Below, piece by piece: positions 26,141-37,900 of a DNA stretch of 64,000 nucleotides. Under the pieces are notes generated by a model. That model searched no databases. It saw only the letters and a list, made by a program, of their open reading frames with translations, and was not told the origin of the DNA. This DNA is from Marsupella aquatica (taxonomy: Eukaryota > Plantae > Marchantiophyta). Position 1 is the first letter of the stretch. Every line of letters begins with the position of its first letter. The position numbers were made by a program, and so were the translations under genes. The DNA lies in the NCBI GenBank assembly GCA_973895155.1, contig OZ316892.1, positions 28,296,307-28,360,306 on the forward strand, read 5' to 3'.

Positions 26141-29100
26141 TGACAAAAGAACTTACCATTTGCCAGTGGAATGTTCGGGGGATGGGCAACCCGGTGAGAC
26201 ACAAACAGATGAGTACATGGATGCAAAACAACTTGATGGATCAATCGATCTGTTGCTTCAGGAGTTGAAGATCAATGAAGAGAGAGCGCTTTTCCAGCTG
26301 AGACTAATAGATATGGAAGGCACTAAAATCCTGGATAGCAATTCAGAAGGGAAAGTGGGAGCGGCGCTGTTGATCCCAAAGCAACACCAAATCTTGGACC
26401 AGGGATGTAAAGGAGACGGGACCTTTGCGTGGGCTACTATCCATACCTGTGTGGGGGAACTCAGTGTGGGCTCAGTATATGCTCCCAATGTACGTAGGAA
26501 TCGGATTGAGCTTTGGAAATGGCTTCTAGAAAACCTTAAGGAGTCCAATTGGATTCTCAGTGGAGATTGGAATATGACAGACCTATGGGACGATGCTCTA
26601 GGTCCATGGCGCTGAGGCCCGGGCCTGGAACAAACTGGTGGACCACCTGGATTTGGTGGATAACTATCTGTGTGCTGGAACGCGGAAGGGACCCTATTAC
26701 ACGAGACAAGCAAGGAAGTCGGACCATTATGACCAGTCGAGAATTGACCGCTGCTATAGCAGCAATAGGAACCAGTGGTGTGAGTTTGTGAAATCCTGTG
26801 TGCAAGATGGTAGGGAAACGATCTCAGACCACATTCCCATTGCCACTACTTTTGCTCTCAAGCACAACCCGGAGATTGACACTCACAAGAAGGCAACCTT
26901 TTTCAAAATGGATGCGAATCTTTTCGACACCGTTGAACTAGAAGGTGAAATGGAGAGAGTGTGGAAGGAGCAGCAGAAGGAGAATAGGGACCCCAGAATT
27001 AATTGGGATTTGGCTTGGGGGCGGTAAAATTGCTGAATCAAATTGAGAAGCGCAAAAGAGCAGATATCCGAAATGCTAGGCAGCCAGGGGATGAGCTACT
27101 CCGGCTGAGAGTGGAGACGTGCACCAATCCCACTCCAGCCCTTTCGGATGAACTCAGGAAAGTAGAAGACAGCACTAGGGAGAGGGCCAAAGCAGACGCA
27201 ATCAAGATGAGACAGAAAAGCAGAGTTCGGTGGCTGAAACTTGGTGAAGCCCCAACCAAGTATTTCTTTAACCAATTGAAGGCTAAACATGCAAAGGAGA
27301 GCATCAAACGGCTGAAGAAAGATGATGGGGAGATCATTGAGGACAACACACAAATCCTTCAGGAGATCCATAAGTTCTACTCGAACCTGTACACGGCTGA
27401 CCCACAGGTTGAAACCAATGCGGAAGCCTTGGAAGAGGTCTTGGGACTCATCAAAGAAGGGGTTTCGCTACAAGAGAACCAGGCTATCACTAAAACTCCT
27501 AGCAAAGTGGAAATTGAGAAGATGGTGTTCAACCTACCTAAGGAGAAATCACTAGGGCTGGACGGGGTCACTGCAGAGATGTTGATGAAGGGATGGGACT
27601 TCATGAAGACAGCCTACACAAAAATGATTCAAACTTTCTGGCAGGATGGGAAGCTTACTACCCGGGCCACCGCTGGAGTGATCAAACTGATTCCGAAGAA
27701 TCTAGAGGTACTGGAACTCAGCAATTGGAGACCTTTGACAATGCTCACTCTGACAGAAAAACTGGTGGCTAAGATAATGGCGAATCGGATCAAGAAGGTA
27801 GCACACAAATTGATTGATCCGCAACAGTTTGGATTCCTGGAAGGATGGGACATTCTTGACAACCTCTTGAACGTCAAGTTGGGGCAAGAGTATGCTACAA
27901 CCAGTAAACAACCCCTGATCTTTCTTAAACTGGATTTTGCTAAAGCATACGACGGAGTGGCTCATTCCTTCCCGTGGGCTGTCATGAGGGCGATGAAATT
28001 TGATGAGCAAGTGATCACTCTGGTGAAAGGGCTGGTGGAGCACACCCAGTCTAAGGTTCACATCAACGGGAGATTCACTGAATCGATCCAGTTGAACAGA
28101 GGGGTGAGGCAAGGCTGCCCCCTATCCCCACTCCTTTTTGCTCTTACCACCCAGCCACTGATGGCGCTTTGCAAGAGTAAGATTGAGACGGGAGAGCTGA
28201 ACGGTTTGCAGCTGCCTGACAATAAGAGCCTCTGCCACCAACTCTTTGTTGATGACACGGGGTTGTTTCTGGCGGCCACTGAGGGGGATTTCCAGATGGC
28301 TAGAAAGATTGTACAACAATATGAGAACAGCTCTGGCGCATTGCTAAACATACAGAAATCTAAGATTATTCCTATCTACTTCCCCGACGGAGTTTACCTA
28401 GGCTGGTTGACTGCTACGGGATGCAAAATCGCCAAGGAAGGAGAGTTGACTGAATACTTGGACAGCCCAATTGGTTACAAGGTGCGGCCGTCTCATGAAG
28501 TTGCCTTTCTGGTTGGTAGATTGAGAAGCCGGCTGTGCCATTGGACCCACAGGAGCCTATCTATGGCTGGCAGAGCGATCCTTCTCAAGCACGTTCTTCG
28601 CGCTATTCCCACATATACTTGATGCCGTTGGCTCTGCACAAGATGGGTTTTTTGGAGATGGAAAAAGTCTGCCGTCGGTTCCTGTGGGGGTCTACTACCA
28701 CCGAAGGAACCAAGAAAGCGCTCATTGCGTGGAATGTGATTACCAGACCCAAGGAGGAGGGTGGCTTGGGAATACAGCCCTTCGAGGAGCATTCTCAGTC
28801 TCTGAAAATGCGACATATTTCCAAACTGATTACTTAGGCGGAGTGTGAGTGGGTGCAAATTGCACAAGAGATCATCGTAAAGGGGCTGAAGATTGGACCG
28901 GGGAAGAAAGAGAGACGCCACTAGACAGCAACTGAAGCATTTCTTTTGGCTGACAACATTCACATTCAGGGTTCACCAACGCTGAGAGGTCTCCTCCAGG
29001 GATATATGGACATCCAAGAGTCACCACCTCCAATTTAACTTTGGAGAAGGACAGATCCCAAGCCACCTCTCCATCGAACAAACCATTTTACTTTACCTAT

Positions 29101-30045
29101 GGACCAGCATTGCCACAGCACAACAGGGAACTGACCTGAGAAGATTCCTGGCCAACCGTGGCATCAAGCACCTGATGAATCTCAGGACTCCTCAAGGTGA
29201 ATGGGTGAATGAGAAGGAGCTCAGTTCGCGACTCCGAAGTACCCGCTCTATTGGGAATCTGGAATTTACCAGGTTTTACAACAAGCTTCGACAGAGCACT
29301 ATCACTGACACGGGACTTCAGGAGTGCGGGGGTTGGCAGTGGGACTGGAGTGGACCCAATAAAGGTTGGAATTTCTCCACACGGATATGGAGCCACTGCT
29401 CGAGGGAGCCTCATCTGGACGTGACCCAGCTGAATCGTAGATGGGGACAAGCCCACACCCCCAGTGGATGGAATCACTACTGGAAAACTATGGGGAGGTT
29501 GGTCTTTTCCCAAGGTGAGATTCTTTCTTTGGAGGCTGTTAAACCATGGTTTTTTTACGAATGGCAGGGCAAGCCATTGGGAGGTCACGGACGGCACTTG
29601 CACTCGTTGCAAGAGTCATTTCGAACACACCAAACATTTGTTCTTTAGCTGTAGGACTGTCACTGATAGATGGAGGGAGGTCCAACAACTGGTCCAGCAG
29701 GCTGATGCCCTCAAGACGTTGCAAGGTACATTGTACGAAGCTATCTCGACTGCTTTGAAGATGCACAAAAGGAAACCAGGACCTATGGTCATGCTCATGG
29801 AGATTTGTTCGAGCATTTGGAAGGAGAGAAATGCTGCCACCTACTCTAGGTTCCTAGGGCGACTTCCCGGCTGGGTTGTGCTGAGGAAGACTGAAACTCA
29901 CCTTCTCACTATGTTGGATGTCTGCCATTCGGAGAGAAAACGGAAACAGCTAAGGCGGGCCCTGACTCAACTCCAGGTTATACTTAAGCCCTGGGAGACT
30001 AACGTCAGCCCGGTCGCCCTGAATGTGGAAGATGATGAAGGGTAA
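26137..30045 (+). pseudogene. LINE ORF2 (AP endonuclease, reverse transcriptase, zf-RVT), disrupted
   Basis: ATGA overlap with the ORF1 stop. QWNVRG, SVYAPN, GDWN, SRIDR, SDHIP (APE); WRPLTML, KLDFAKAYD, GVRQGCPLSPLLF, LFVDD (RT); CTRC...HLFFSC. Several stops and frameshifts. Confidence 0.92.
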
Positions 30046-30422
30046 GAATGTGGAAGAGGCGGGTCTAGTTCGCTGGATGGGGTACGGCGAGGGGATGAAA
30101 ATGTATGTTGGTGTCGTGCGCATACATATCGCTACACAATATACATCGCTTGTCACATACATCCAGACATAGTCACATTGCCACATCACAAATACAAGAG
30201 AATGGAATACAAGTGGAACTCATGTCCACACATGTCCAAAACCCACAATCGCCCCCCTAGCTGGGAGTAAGGTCCCCTAACTCTAGCTAGCCATGAGTTC
30301 TACAAGGTTGATATACACCTTTTTAGGTGTGAAGATCAGGAGGCCAGGTGCAAGTGAGCCCCATCGATCACCTACCTGCAATCCATATCTGCCAAGAGAA
30401 CACAAATGATAACTAGTCGGCT

Positions 30423-30870
30423 TCACCGACACTGAGGACACAACCATGATCCACTAGGAATCACCTGCAATGGTGGTGTCAAACATGACATGTGCCATCC
30501 TCTAGAACACTTATCACAAATCAACATAGTAGCTGCTCCCTGAGCAGATCCACACAACATACATTTCAAGCCAGCATGAACATGTGCCAAGCTTGGATCT
30601 ACTGTACCATCAATGTTGGGAAGGTGACATGGTGCACAGTTGCGCACATGATCCTTCCAAACCATACCATCGCGTCCCTCCAACATCAGGACACCAGAAG
30701 GCAACACTTCACGCACACGTAAGATTGTCCGGCCTGCGGTCACATCAAGTGTCGTGGGTGCTGTCTGCTGCAAATAAACATAATCACCAGGATGAAATCG
30801 TCGAATGCTTGCACGGTAACCTCCTCCACGAATAGTGGCATACCTCAAAGTATCACGATGTTGGGCACGA
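30423..30870 (-). pseudogene. Integrase C-terminal region plus PHD finger
   Basis: AQHRDTLRYA...RRFHPGDYVYL..., then C4HC3 motif CMLC...MLICDKCSRGWHMSCLTPPL...GSWLCPQC*. Confidence 0.88.
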
Positions 30871-32771
30871 TCACCAATACTGTGTCTGCAGCAAGCTGTA
30901 AGTGCGCTTCACACCAAAGTGACCCAACTCCTCGTGCGCATGTCGCACCAAATGTACTCGTTGTGATGGTTTTGGTACCACCAACATCCTACCATCATGC
31001 AGTACTCTCAAAAGATGGTTTCCCTCCCATCGAAATCTCTTGGCTCTCTGTAGAACCCTGTCACGTTCCTTGGCATCAACACTGCCAACAATAGAACCAC
31101 TGCGCAGATATTCCAACACTCTCACATCATTGTGAATATCTTGTTGTCCAGAAGTTACCTCACCAACATCCACATCTGAAGACTCATCACCCACTCCATC
31201 CAATGAAGTAGAGTCCACAGATCCACTGTATGCTGGCACCCAACAAAGAAAGGCAGATGCATGCCATCCTGGCACCATCTCCTTATCTGACTCATCATGC
31301 CATCTGGCTCCAGTCTCATCCTGCTGACTGGTACATGGATTGCGGCTTAATCCATCTGCATCCAAGTTCACTTTTCCAGGCCTATGCACCACCTGGAAAT
31401 CATACTCCTGTAACAACAATGCCCATCGTGCAAGCTTCCCTGTAAGCTTGTCAGACTCCATTAACCACTTAAGAGGCTGATGATCAGTGATCAAGGTGAA
31501 GGGGTTACCAAACAAGTAGCAACGAAAGTGTGCAACAGCCCACACTGCTGCCAAACACTCTCCCTCATAAGAGCTATACTTAGCCTCTGCTGAATTGTTT
31601 GATCTACTGGCATAAGCCACAACAAACTCATTCCCCTCATCATCCTTCTGAGTCAGCACTGCTCCAAGTCCTACTCCACTCCAATCGGTGTGTAGCTGAA
31701 ATGGTCTGCCTGAAATGGGTCTTCTCAAAATAGGGGATGATGCCATCCTTTGCTTCAACTCCTGAAAGGCATGCTCCTGGTCATCACCCCAAATCCATTC
31801 CTGATCCAACTTAGTGAGTATGGTCAAAGGTTTAGCAAGCTGGCTAAATCCTTTAACATACCTCCTGTAGTAGCTCGCCAATCCCAAGAATGCACGAACT
31901 CTACTCACATCAGTAGGACAAGGAATCTGTGTAATGGCCTCCACTTTAGTCTGCTGTACACCCAATCCCCCTGGGTATATGGTGTGGCCCAAATACTCAA
32001 TCTGGTCTTGGAAGAACTTACACTTGCTAGGATGGAGCTTCAACCCATGTGCTCTCAATCTCTCCAACACAGTCTGCAAGTGCTGCTGATGTTCTTCCAC
32101 AGTAGAAGAATAGACCAAAATATCATCAATATAACATCTGACAAAATCCAAACCTGCAAGGATTCGATCCATGACTCTCTCAACTGGGGCATTCTTCAAC
32201 CAAATGGTAAGAATAACCATTGATACAAACGATCTTTGCCATAAGAATCAATCCCCCAGAATGCTGTCTTGGACCTGTCAGCATGCCTAATTGGAAGCTG
32301 ATGGTATCCTACCCTCAGATCCAATGAACTGAAAACCTTTGCATGCCCCACAGCATCAAAGATCTCCTCAGGTGTGGGCATGGCATATCGATCAGATTTT
32401 GTCTGGCGATTAATAGGTCTGTAATCACCACACATGCGCCTATCTGTGTAATTGCCATGCACATCCTTCTTGGCTGGCATCACTGTGGCAGATGCATACT
32501 CCCCATATGAAATCTCCACCAATCCAGCCTCCAACAAATCTTGAGTTCTGCTTTGAATCAGAGCTCTCTCCATGTCACTATAACGGTATGGTCTACGAAA
32601 GATTGGCGCATCACTAGCCAATTCAATATGAATACCAGGGCCCTTCAATGTCCCCAAATCCTTCATGCTGAATGCAAAACAATTCCAATAACTCTTCAGG
32701 AATCGATGCATGCGATGTCTCTCCTCCCCTGTTAACTTATGGCCAAGCTGTGGTTTCCAACTCTCCACCAA
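30871..32771 (-). pseudogene. Ty3/Gypsy reverse transcriptase, RNase H and start of integrase zinc-binding domain
   Basis: RMCGDYRPIN, SLDLRVGYHQL, LPFG/LKNAP (1-bp frameshift near 32197), YIDD, LHTDWSGVGLGAVL, EGECLA, TDHQPL, DADGLSR, HEELGHFG. Confidence 0.93.
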
Positions 32772-33009
32772 ATCCCTAATATCTCTTTGTAGGGTAGAAG
32801 AGATAGCCGATGATTGCTATTTAGCAATAGATTGAGCAGTCCCTTCGTGCTCAACAATCTGTCCAGCCGCCAATCCTGTCATAGGTCCATGGACTGTCTG
32901 CTCGCCCCCAGCTATGGTCAATACTATCTCAGTGGACCGCAAGCTCACCAAGGGACAATCAGTAATTCCGGCAGAGCGCATCCGCAACTGTTCAGCTACT
33001 CCCAAGCTG

Positions 33010-33955
33010 ATAATCCAAGTCAAACAATTCAAATCCATTGCTTGACCAAGAACCTGGCGCCGCAAACCCTCTGACACAGAGGCAACTACAGTGGTGCCAG
33101 TCAAAAATCCCATAGCACGCTCTCTCTCATCAGTAGTAGGCTCCACTAACTGCTGGAGAGCTGTGTCCCATACAAGTCCAGGGCCACCTGCTCTGAATGC
33201 ATATGAAGCAGAGTGGCTTACAAGAGTGGGTAATGCACAACGTGGGCACCCAACTGCATTGACCATTGCCAATGGAGGTCTATCAGGTTGGGTCACACCC
33301 TGTGCACGACGCCCTGGATCCAAAATATCATCCACCACTAAGGCTGGTGAGCGTGGAATGCTGTCAAATGCACGCTTCAGCACCTCACATGGGATCAAAT
33401 TAGTCCACCATAAGCGTGGACGATGTGCACGAGAACCCACACGTGCAGCATCCAATAACACAGCAGGTCCAATCCAAGATCTCACCTGGTGAACACTGGC
33501 AACAATCCGACTACGATCATCACCTAACAATGGCACATTCTCCAAAATGTATGCTGGAGACTGTGTCTGATATAGCTGGAGGTGACGCAGCACCCGTAAC
33601 ATCTCCCAAAACAATGCAGAGCGTGGATCATGAAGTCCATGCCCAACGCCAGCTCTAGATTGGCCCTAACATGGCCAACCAGCAATCACCAAATCAATGG
33701 GGCCAACACGATGCAGATGATCCGCCCCCAGCAATGAAATATCAGCAGGTAGTGCATGCTGATAACCACGAACAGCATCCACTGGTAGCAACTGTAGATA
33801 TCTATCCACCAACATAGCCACATGTCGCAATGAGACCCTCCGTGCTGTCTCATCTGTCTCCACATACAAATAACGACGCATAGGAATTCCTGCCTGAAGA
33901 ACAGCAGCCAATCCAGTGCTAATCCCACCAAAAAGATCCAACAAACAAATACCCT
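33010..33955 (-). pseudogene. DNMT3-like C5-cytosine DNA methyltransferase domain within the polyprotein
   Basis: Motif I LDLFGGI, motif II YVETD, motif IV DLVIAGWPC*G (TAG at 33666-33668), motif VI ILENV, motif VIII AHRPRLWWTNL, motif IX ERERAMGF, motif X RRQVLGQAM, in canonical order. Confidence 0.9.
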
Positions 33956-34399
33956 CCGGTGGATATTGCCAAGCAATAGGAGTGGTATCCAATGGTGAAA
34001 GAGTCACAGGTCCATCTGCAAGAGACTGCTCTACTCCTGACTGTGGTGTAAAAGCATGACGCCATGCATCATGTACCAATCGTGCTACTGCCTGTGGCAA
34101 GGCTTGTGCAGTGCCCCACACTGGTGGCACAACACTGCCAATAGGTAACCCTCGCATGATGTGCTCCTCATGAGACTCCTCCAATGGTGGAACATCGGCT
34201 GCATGCGCATTACCCTCAATCAAATCATCAGGTCCAGCAATTACACCACTGAATGCTGCCAAAGACAATGGTGTGGATTTAGAGCCTCCCACAGGTCCAC
34301 TAAATCTCACTGGCAATTTGCTCAATCGAGCATCTCCTGACTGCCAATCAGGTCTATATGACACTGATTCCTCCCAAAAATCAAGAATAAATCCCATGG

Positions 34400-36805
34400 G
34401 TAGAGCACTGTACATCCCACCAACACATCATATGACTCTACCTTAGTCAGAATAGCTCGCGCCTGTATCTGTGAGCTATCTGTGGTATGACCTTCCTGAA
34501 TCCTCAAATCAAGTGGTCTCCTGGTGATATGCTGTGTAGGTGTAGGTCCCCCCAATGAAGTCTGAATGGGAAAGGGACAATCCTCCAAATTCTCTGGACG
34601 CAATCCCAATCCACGTATGGTAGACTTCCCCAACATCAAGGGCTGAGCACCAGTATCCAGTAACACTCTCTCTGGCTGGTATACTGCTCCAGAAGGCCCA
34701 ACTAATCGGAAGATACCACTCCGATTATCCAATGACACAACACTAGGTTTAAACCTAGTCCTCTCAAATGCAGGGCGTGCTGGTAAATCCACCAACCTCG
34801 CTGCTGCTGCATGCCATGTCTCACTAGTAGCAGTAGGTGGCATGGTCTTCACTGCATCAACACTGCAAGTTGCTTCTGCATGGGAAGCAACCACTGGAGT
34901 GTCCTCACAGAGTGTAGCTGCCAATCTGAACACTTCTGCAGGACCAACTCCCAAGTTCAGCATGTCTGTCGCTGAAAATAATGGGGTGCGTACTATGGCA
35001 GTAGCCGCCCCCAGCAAGGTACCTGTCATCCCTGCTGCATCACTACCTGATTCTGCCAACTTACCCACATCAGGGTTTGTCCGAACCGGGTTCATAGAGG
35101 TAGTCTGAACTGTCTCTGACAATGTAAAAGACTGAGGAAGCTTTGTCTGCCGACGTGCATCCCCCCTTTGTGGATCTAACTCCGCTACTGCTCCTCGGGG
35201 CTCAAGAGCTTTGGCTGCCCCACGTGTCAAAGCTGCTGATGCATCAATATGTGCAGTGCCACACATGAATCCCATGGTGGCAAGGTCTCCATCAGCTCCA
35301 TAAGATGTGGAAGGACCATGGGATGTGGAAGGTCCATAGGATGTAGATGCTCCATCACCAGAATTAGGTCTCACCTGGGAACTAGCCATGGCAGCTAGTT
35401 GTTGCTCCAATTGAGCAATCTTAGCATCCTTTGGATCTATGGTTACAGTAGGGGCAGCGTCACTTCCCTGTCTCCCTGCATGTGGCATGCCACGACCACG
35501 TCCACCACCTCTACCTCCTCCTCCTCTTCCCTGATCATGTGTACGGGATCCTCCTCTCCGTAACTCAGGGTGGAGTGAGAAACACCTATCCTTGGTGTGT
35601 CCAGGAGCTCCACAGTGATCACACTGTCATTGATCAGGCGCTGATGCTCCCCCTGATCCTCTATGATCTGGACAATATCTCTGTGCATGATCCCCACCAC
35701 AGGTCCAACATCCTGACTGCTGTCCAGCATAAGAGGGCACAGGTCTCTGGCTGGTAGACTCTCGTGCAGTAGGCTTCTCCCTCTGGCTCTTCCGTGCAGT
35801 AGGCTGTGGTGTGGATGTAGATGCAGCCTTTGGTGCTTCCTTGGCAAATCCGAAAGTCACCACCTTCTCATTCACCATATTGAGCTCAATGCGCTCAGAA
35901 AGGGTGAAAACAACTGCTAATGTGGGATCTGCATCCCTAAGCAGAGTGACATCTCTCACTCTGCGTCGCAATTCTCTGTCCAGAATTGCATACCAAAACT
36001 GGACTGCCTGAGCCTCTGTCACTCCCTTGGTGACAGTGATCAATCTGCGCATACGTGTGTATGCCTCACGTAGGCTCTCTCCAGTCTTGCGTTGGAACTC
36101 GTGAAGACCCTTCAACTTATCAGTTCTCACACCCTGATAGTTCTGCTTCAGTACCTCAAAGAATTCCACCACAGGATTAAATGCTGGCGCAACTCCAGTT
36201 CCTGTCACAATCACACCGGCAGGAGTAGTGGTGGATGCTGCTGGAGTGCTGCTGGTGGATGGTGTGCCACTCTGGCTAGTGCTGCTAGAAGAAGCAGCAG
36301 CTGTGGCAATTGGTTGGGCAGCCGCACTAGTGCCATAGGTGATGGACACGTAATTAGGCGACCAATGCTGCCTCCATGCCTCAATTTCAACCAAATGAGC
36401 CTTCCGAAACTCATGGTAGTCATCCATGGGTGGCCCCTCCAAATGCTGGAATAATCCCTTCCATGCCATGAAAGGGGTAAACAATGTGACATTACGCAAT
36501 GTTTGCATATCGCACCACGTATCAAACTCCTGGATGAAGTCATCCAGATCAATTGTGCCAACTGCACCAGAGTATCGTCGTGGGCCCTTTGTAGCCCCGT
36601 ACATCTCGTCCATATCCCACAACAAAGGTGCAACCACCTGATGATGAGGAGAACTGGTCATTGAGTCCTCATCAGAATCACTGTCTGAAGCTGCACTGCT
36701 GACTGCTACCAATGCCGCTGGCCGAAACTGTGCCCCACTCCGAGTGAAACCGGTCCATCGTCCATCGAGTAATCCAGCAGCACCAGAAGAATCCGTGGTG
36801 ACCAA
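34400..36805 (-). pseudogene. Gag (two CCHC knuckles) and aspartic protease of the Gypsy-type element
   Basis: FQRKTGESLREAYTRM, CWTCGGDHAQRYC, in-frame TGA at 35627, CDHCGAPGHTKDRC, RGG tract, VLLDTGAQP. A 1-bp frameshift near 34398 leads into the DNMT frame. Confidence 0.88.
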
Positions 36806-37359
36806 CCCTAACCTAATCTATGTGCTAACCCTAAGGGCAATCTATCCCTGTCAGCACCACAAGCACTCACCATGGTGTGTTGGGCATCACTCCAACATCA
36901 CCAAGAGAGAAATACACAGCACACTAGAATGTCCAGTTGCAAACTCGGATCACTCCTATGGAATCAAGCGCCCACACGAAACTAACATGGCGCATAAACA
37001 GGAAACATGTGTGAAGAGGATCCAGAAACAAGAATGGATACCATTCAACTCTCCACACAAAAGCAAATGCAAATCAATATGACAATGTGCATAAGGTTCA
37101 AGGAAGAGCCTTCATAATAGGCTTCACAATGGCACTCCAATGTTGTAGATGAGAACCAAGGCAAAATTGGTTCAATCTGTGAGTTTAGATGGACTCAGAA
37201 GTATCAAAAACCCTCAAACAGCCTCTGATTTGGCCTAGAATAGGCCTCTAAACAAACCGGGAAGTATATAAAGCCCCCTGGCGCTTGAATCTAAACAACA
37301 AGTTGTCAAAGCTTGTGTGTACACAAGGTGGGATGAGAACTTGCCAGTTAAGCGCTCGC

Positions 37360-37900
37360 GACCGGGAATAGCCCCGGGATGGGTGACCTCCTCGCGCTCG
37401 ACCTTGTGCCTCCCCTCGCGCTCACGGCCCGGAATAGCCCCGAGATGGGTGACCTCGACCTCGTGCCTGCCTGCGCTCGCGATGGGTGACTTCGCGCTCG
37501 CGGTTGGGAGCACTTTCGGGATGGGTGACCTCACGCGTCGCCTCGCGCGAGCACTTTCGGGATGGGTGACCTCGTGCGCCTCACACCTAACCCCAAAAAC
37601 GACTACTTCCTTCACGAAAAGCTCCCGAAAACTGTCGATTTCCTTCATGAAAAACGCAGCCCTTCCACAGAATTGGCAGCAGCTTGATTCAACACCCTTG
37701 ACCCTCGTTTCTTTCACTGAAATGATGATACCGTCGCACGGGGCATTGGCAGCTCCGTTCCTTCAGGAAAAGAGCCGTCGCTTCACCTGCGCCTTGCCAA
37801 CATCGTCCAACAATAGCCGGCAATCAGATCTGAAGCCCCACAGTAGCCGACAATCAGATCTGAAGCCTCACAGTAGCCGGCAATCGGATCTGGAGCCTCA
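37360..37900. repeat. Tandem repeats in the element's CpG-rich 5' region: GATGGGTGAC(C/T)TC x5 (37378-37573) and a 30-bp unit x3 (37811-37900)
   Basis: Repeats seen directly; TATA-like tatataaa at 37265-37272. Confidence 0.85.

Noticed and set aside
37032-37046. tRNA-iMet primer binding site (TGGTATCC on the minus strand)
   Set aside because: Only 7 nt match TGGTATCAGAGC, and it is not adjacent to an LTR end
37360-37900. CRISPR-like array
   Set aside because: Eukaryotic context; repeats are imperfect and the intervening sequences are related to each other rather than unique spacers
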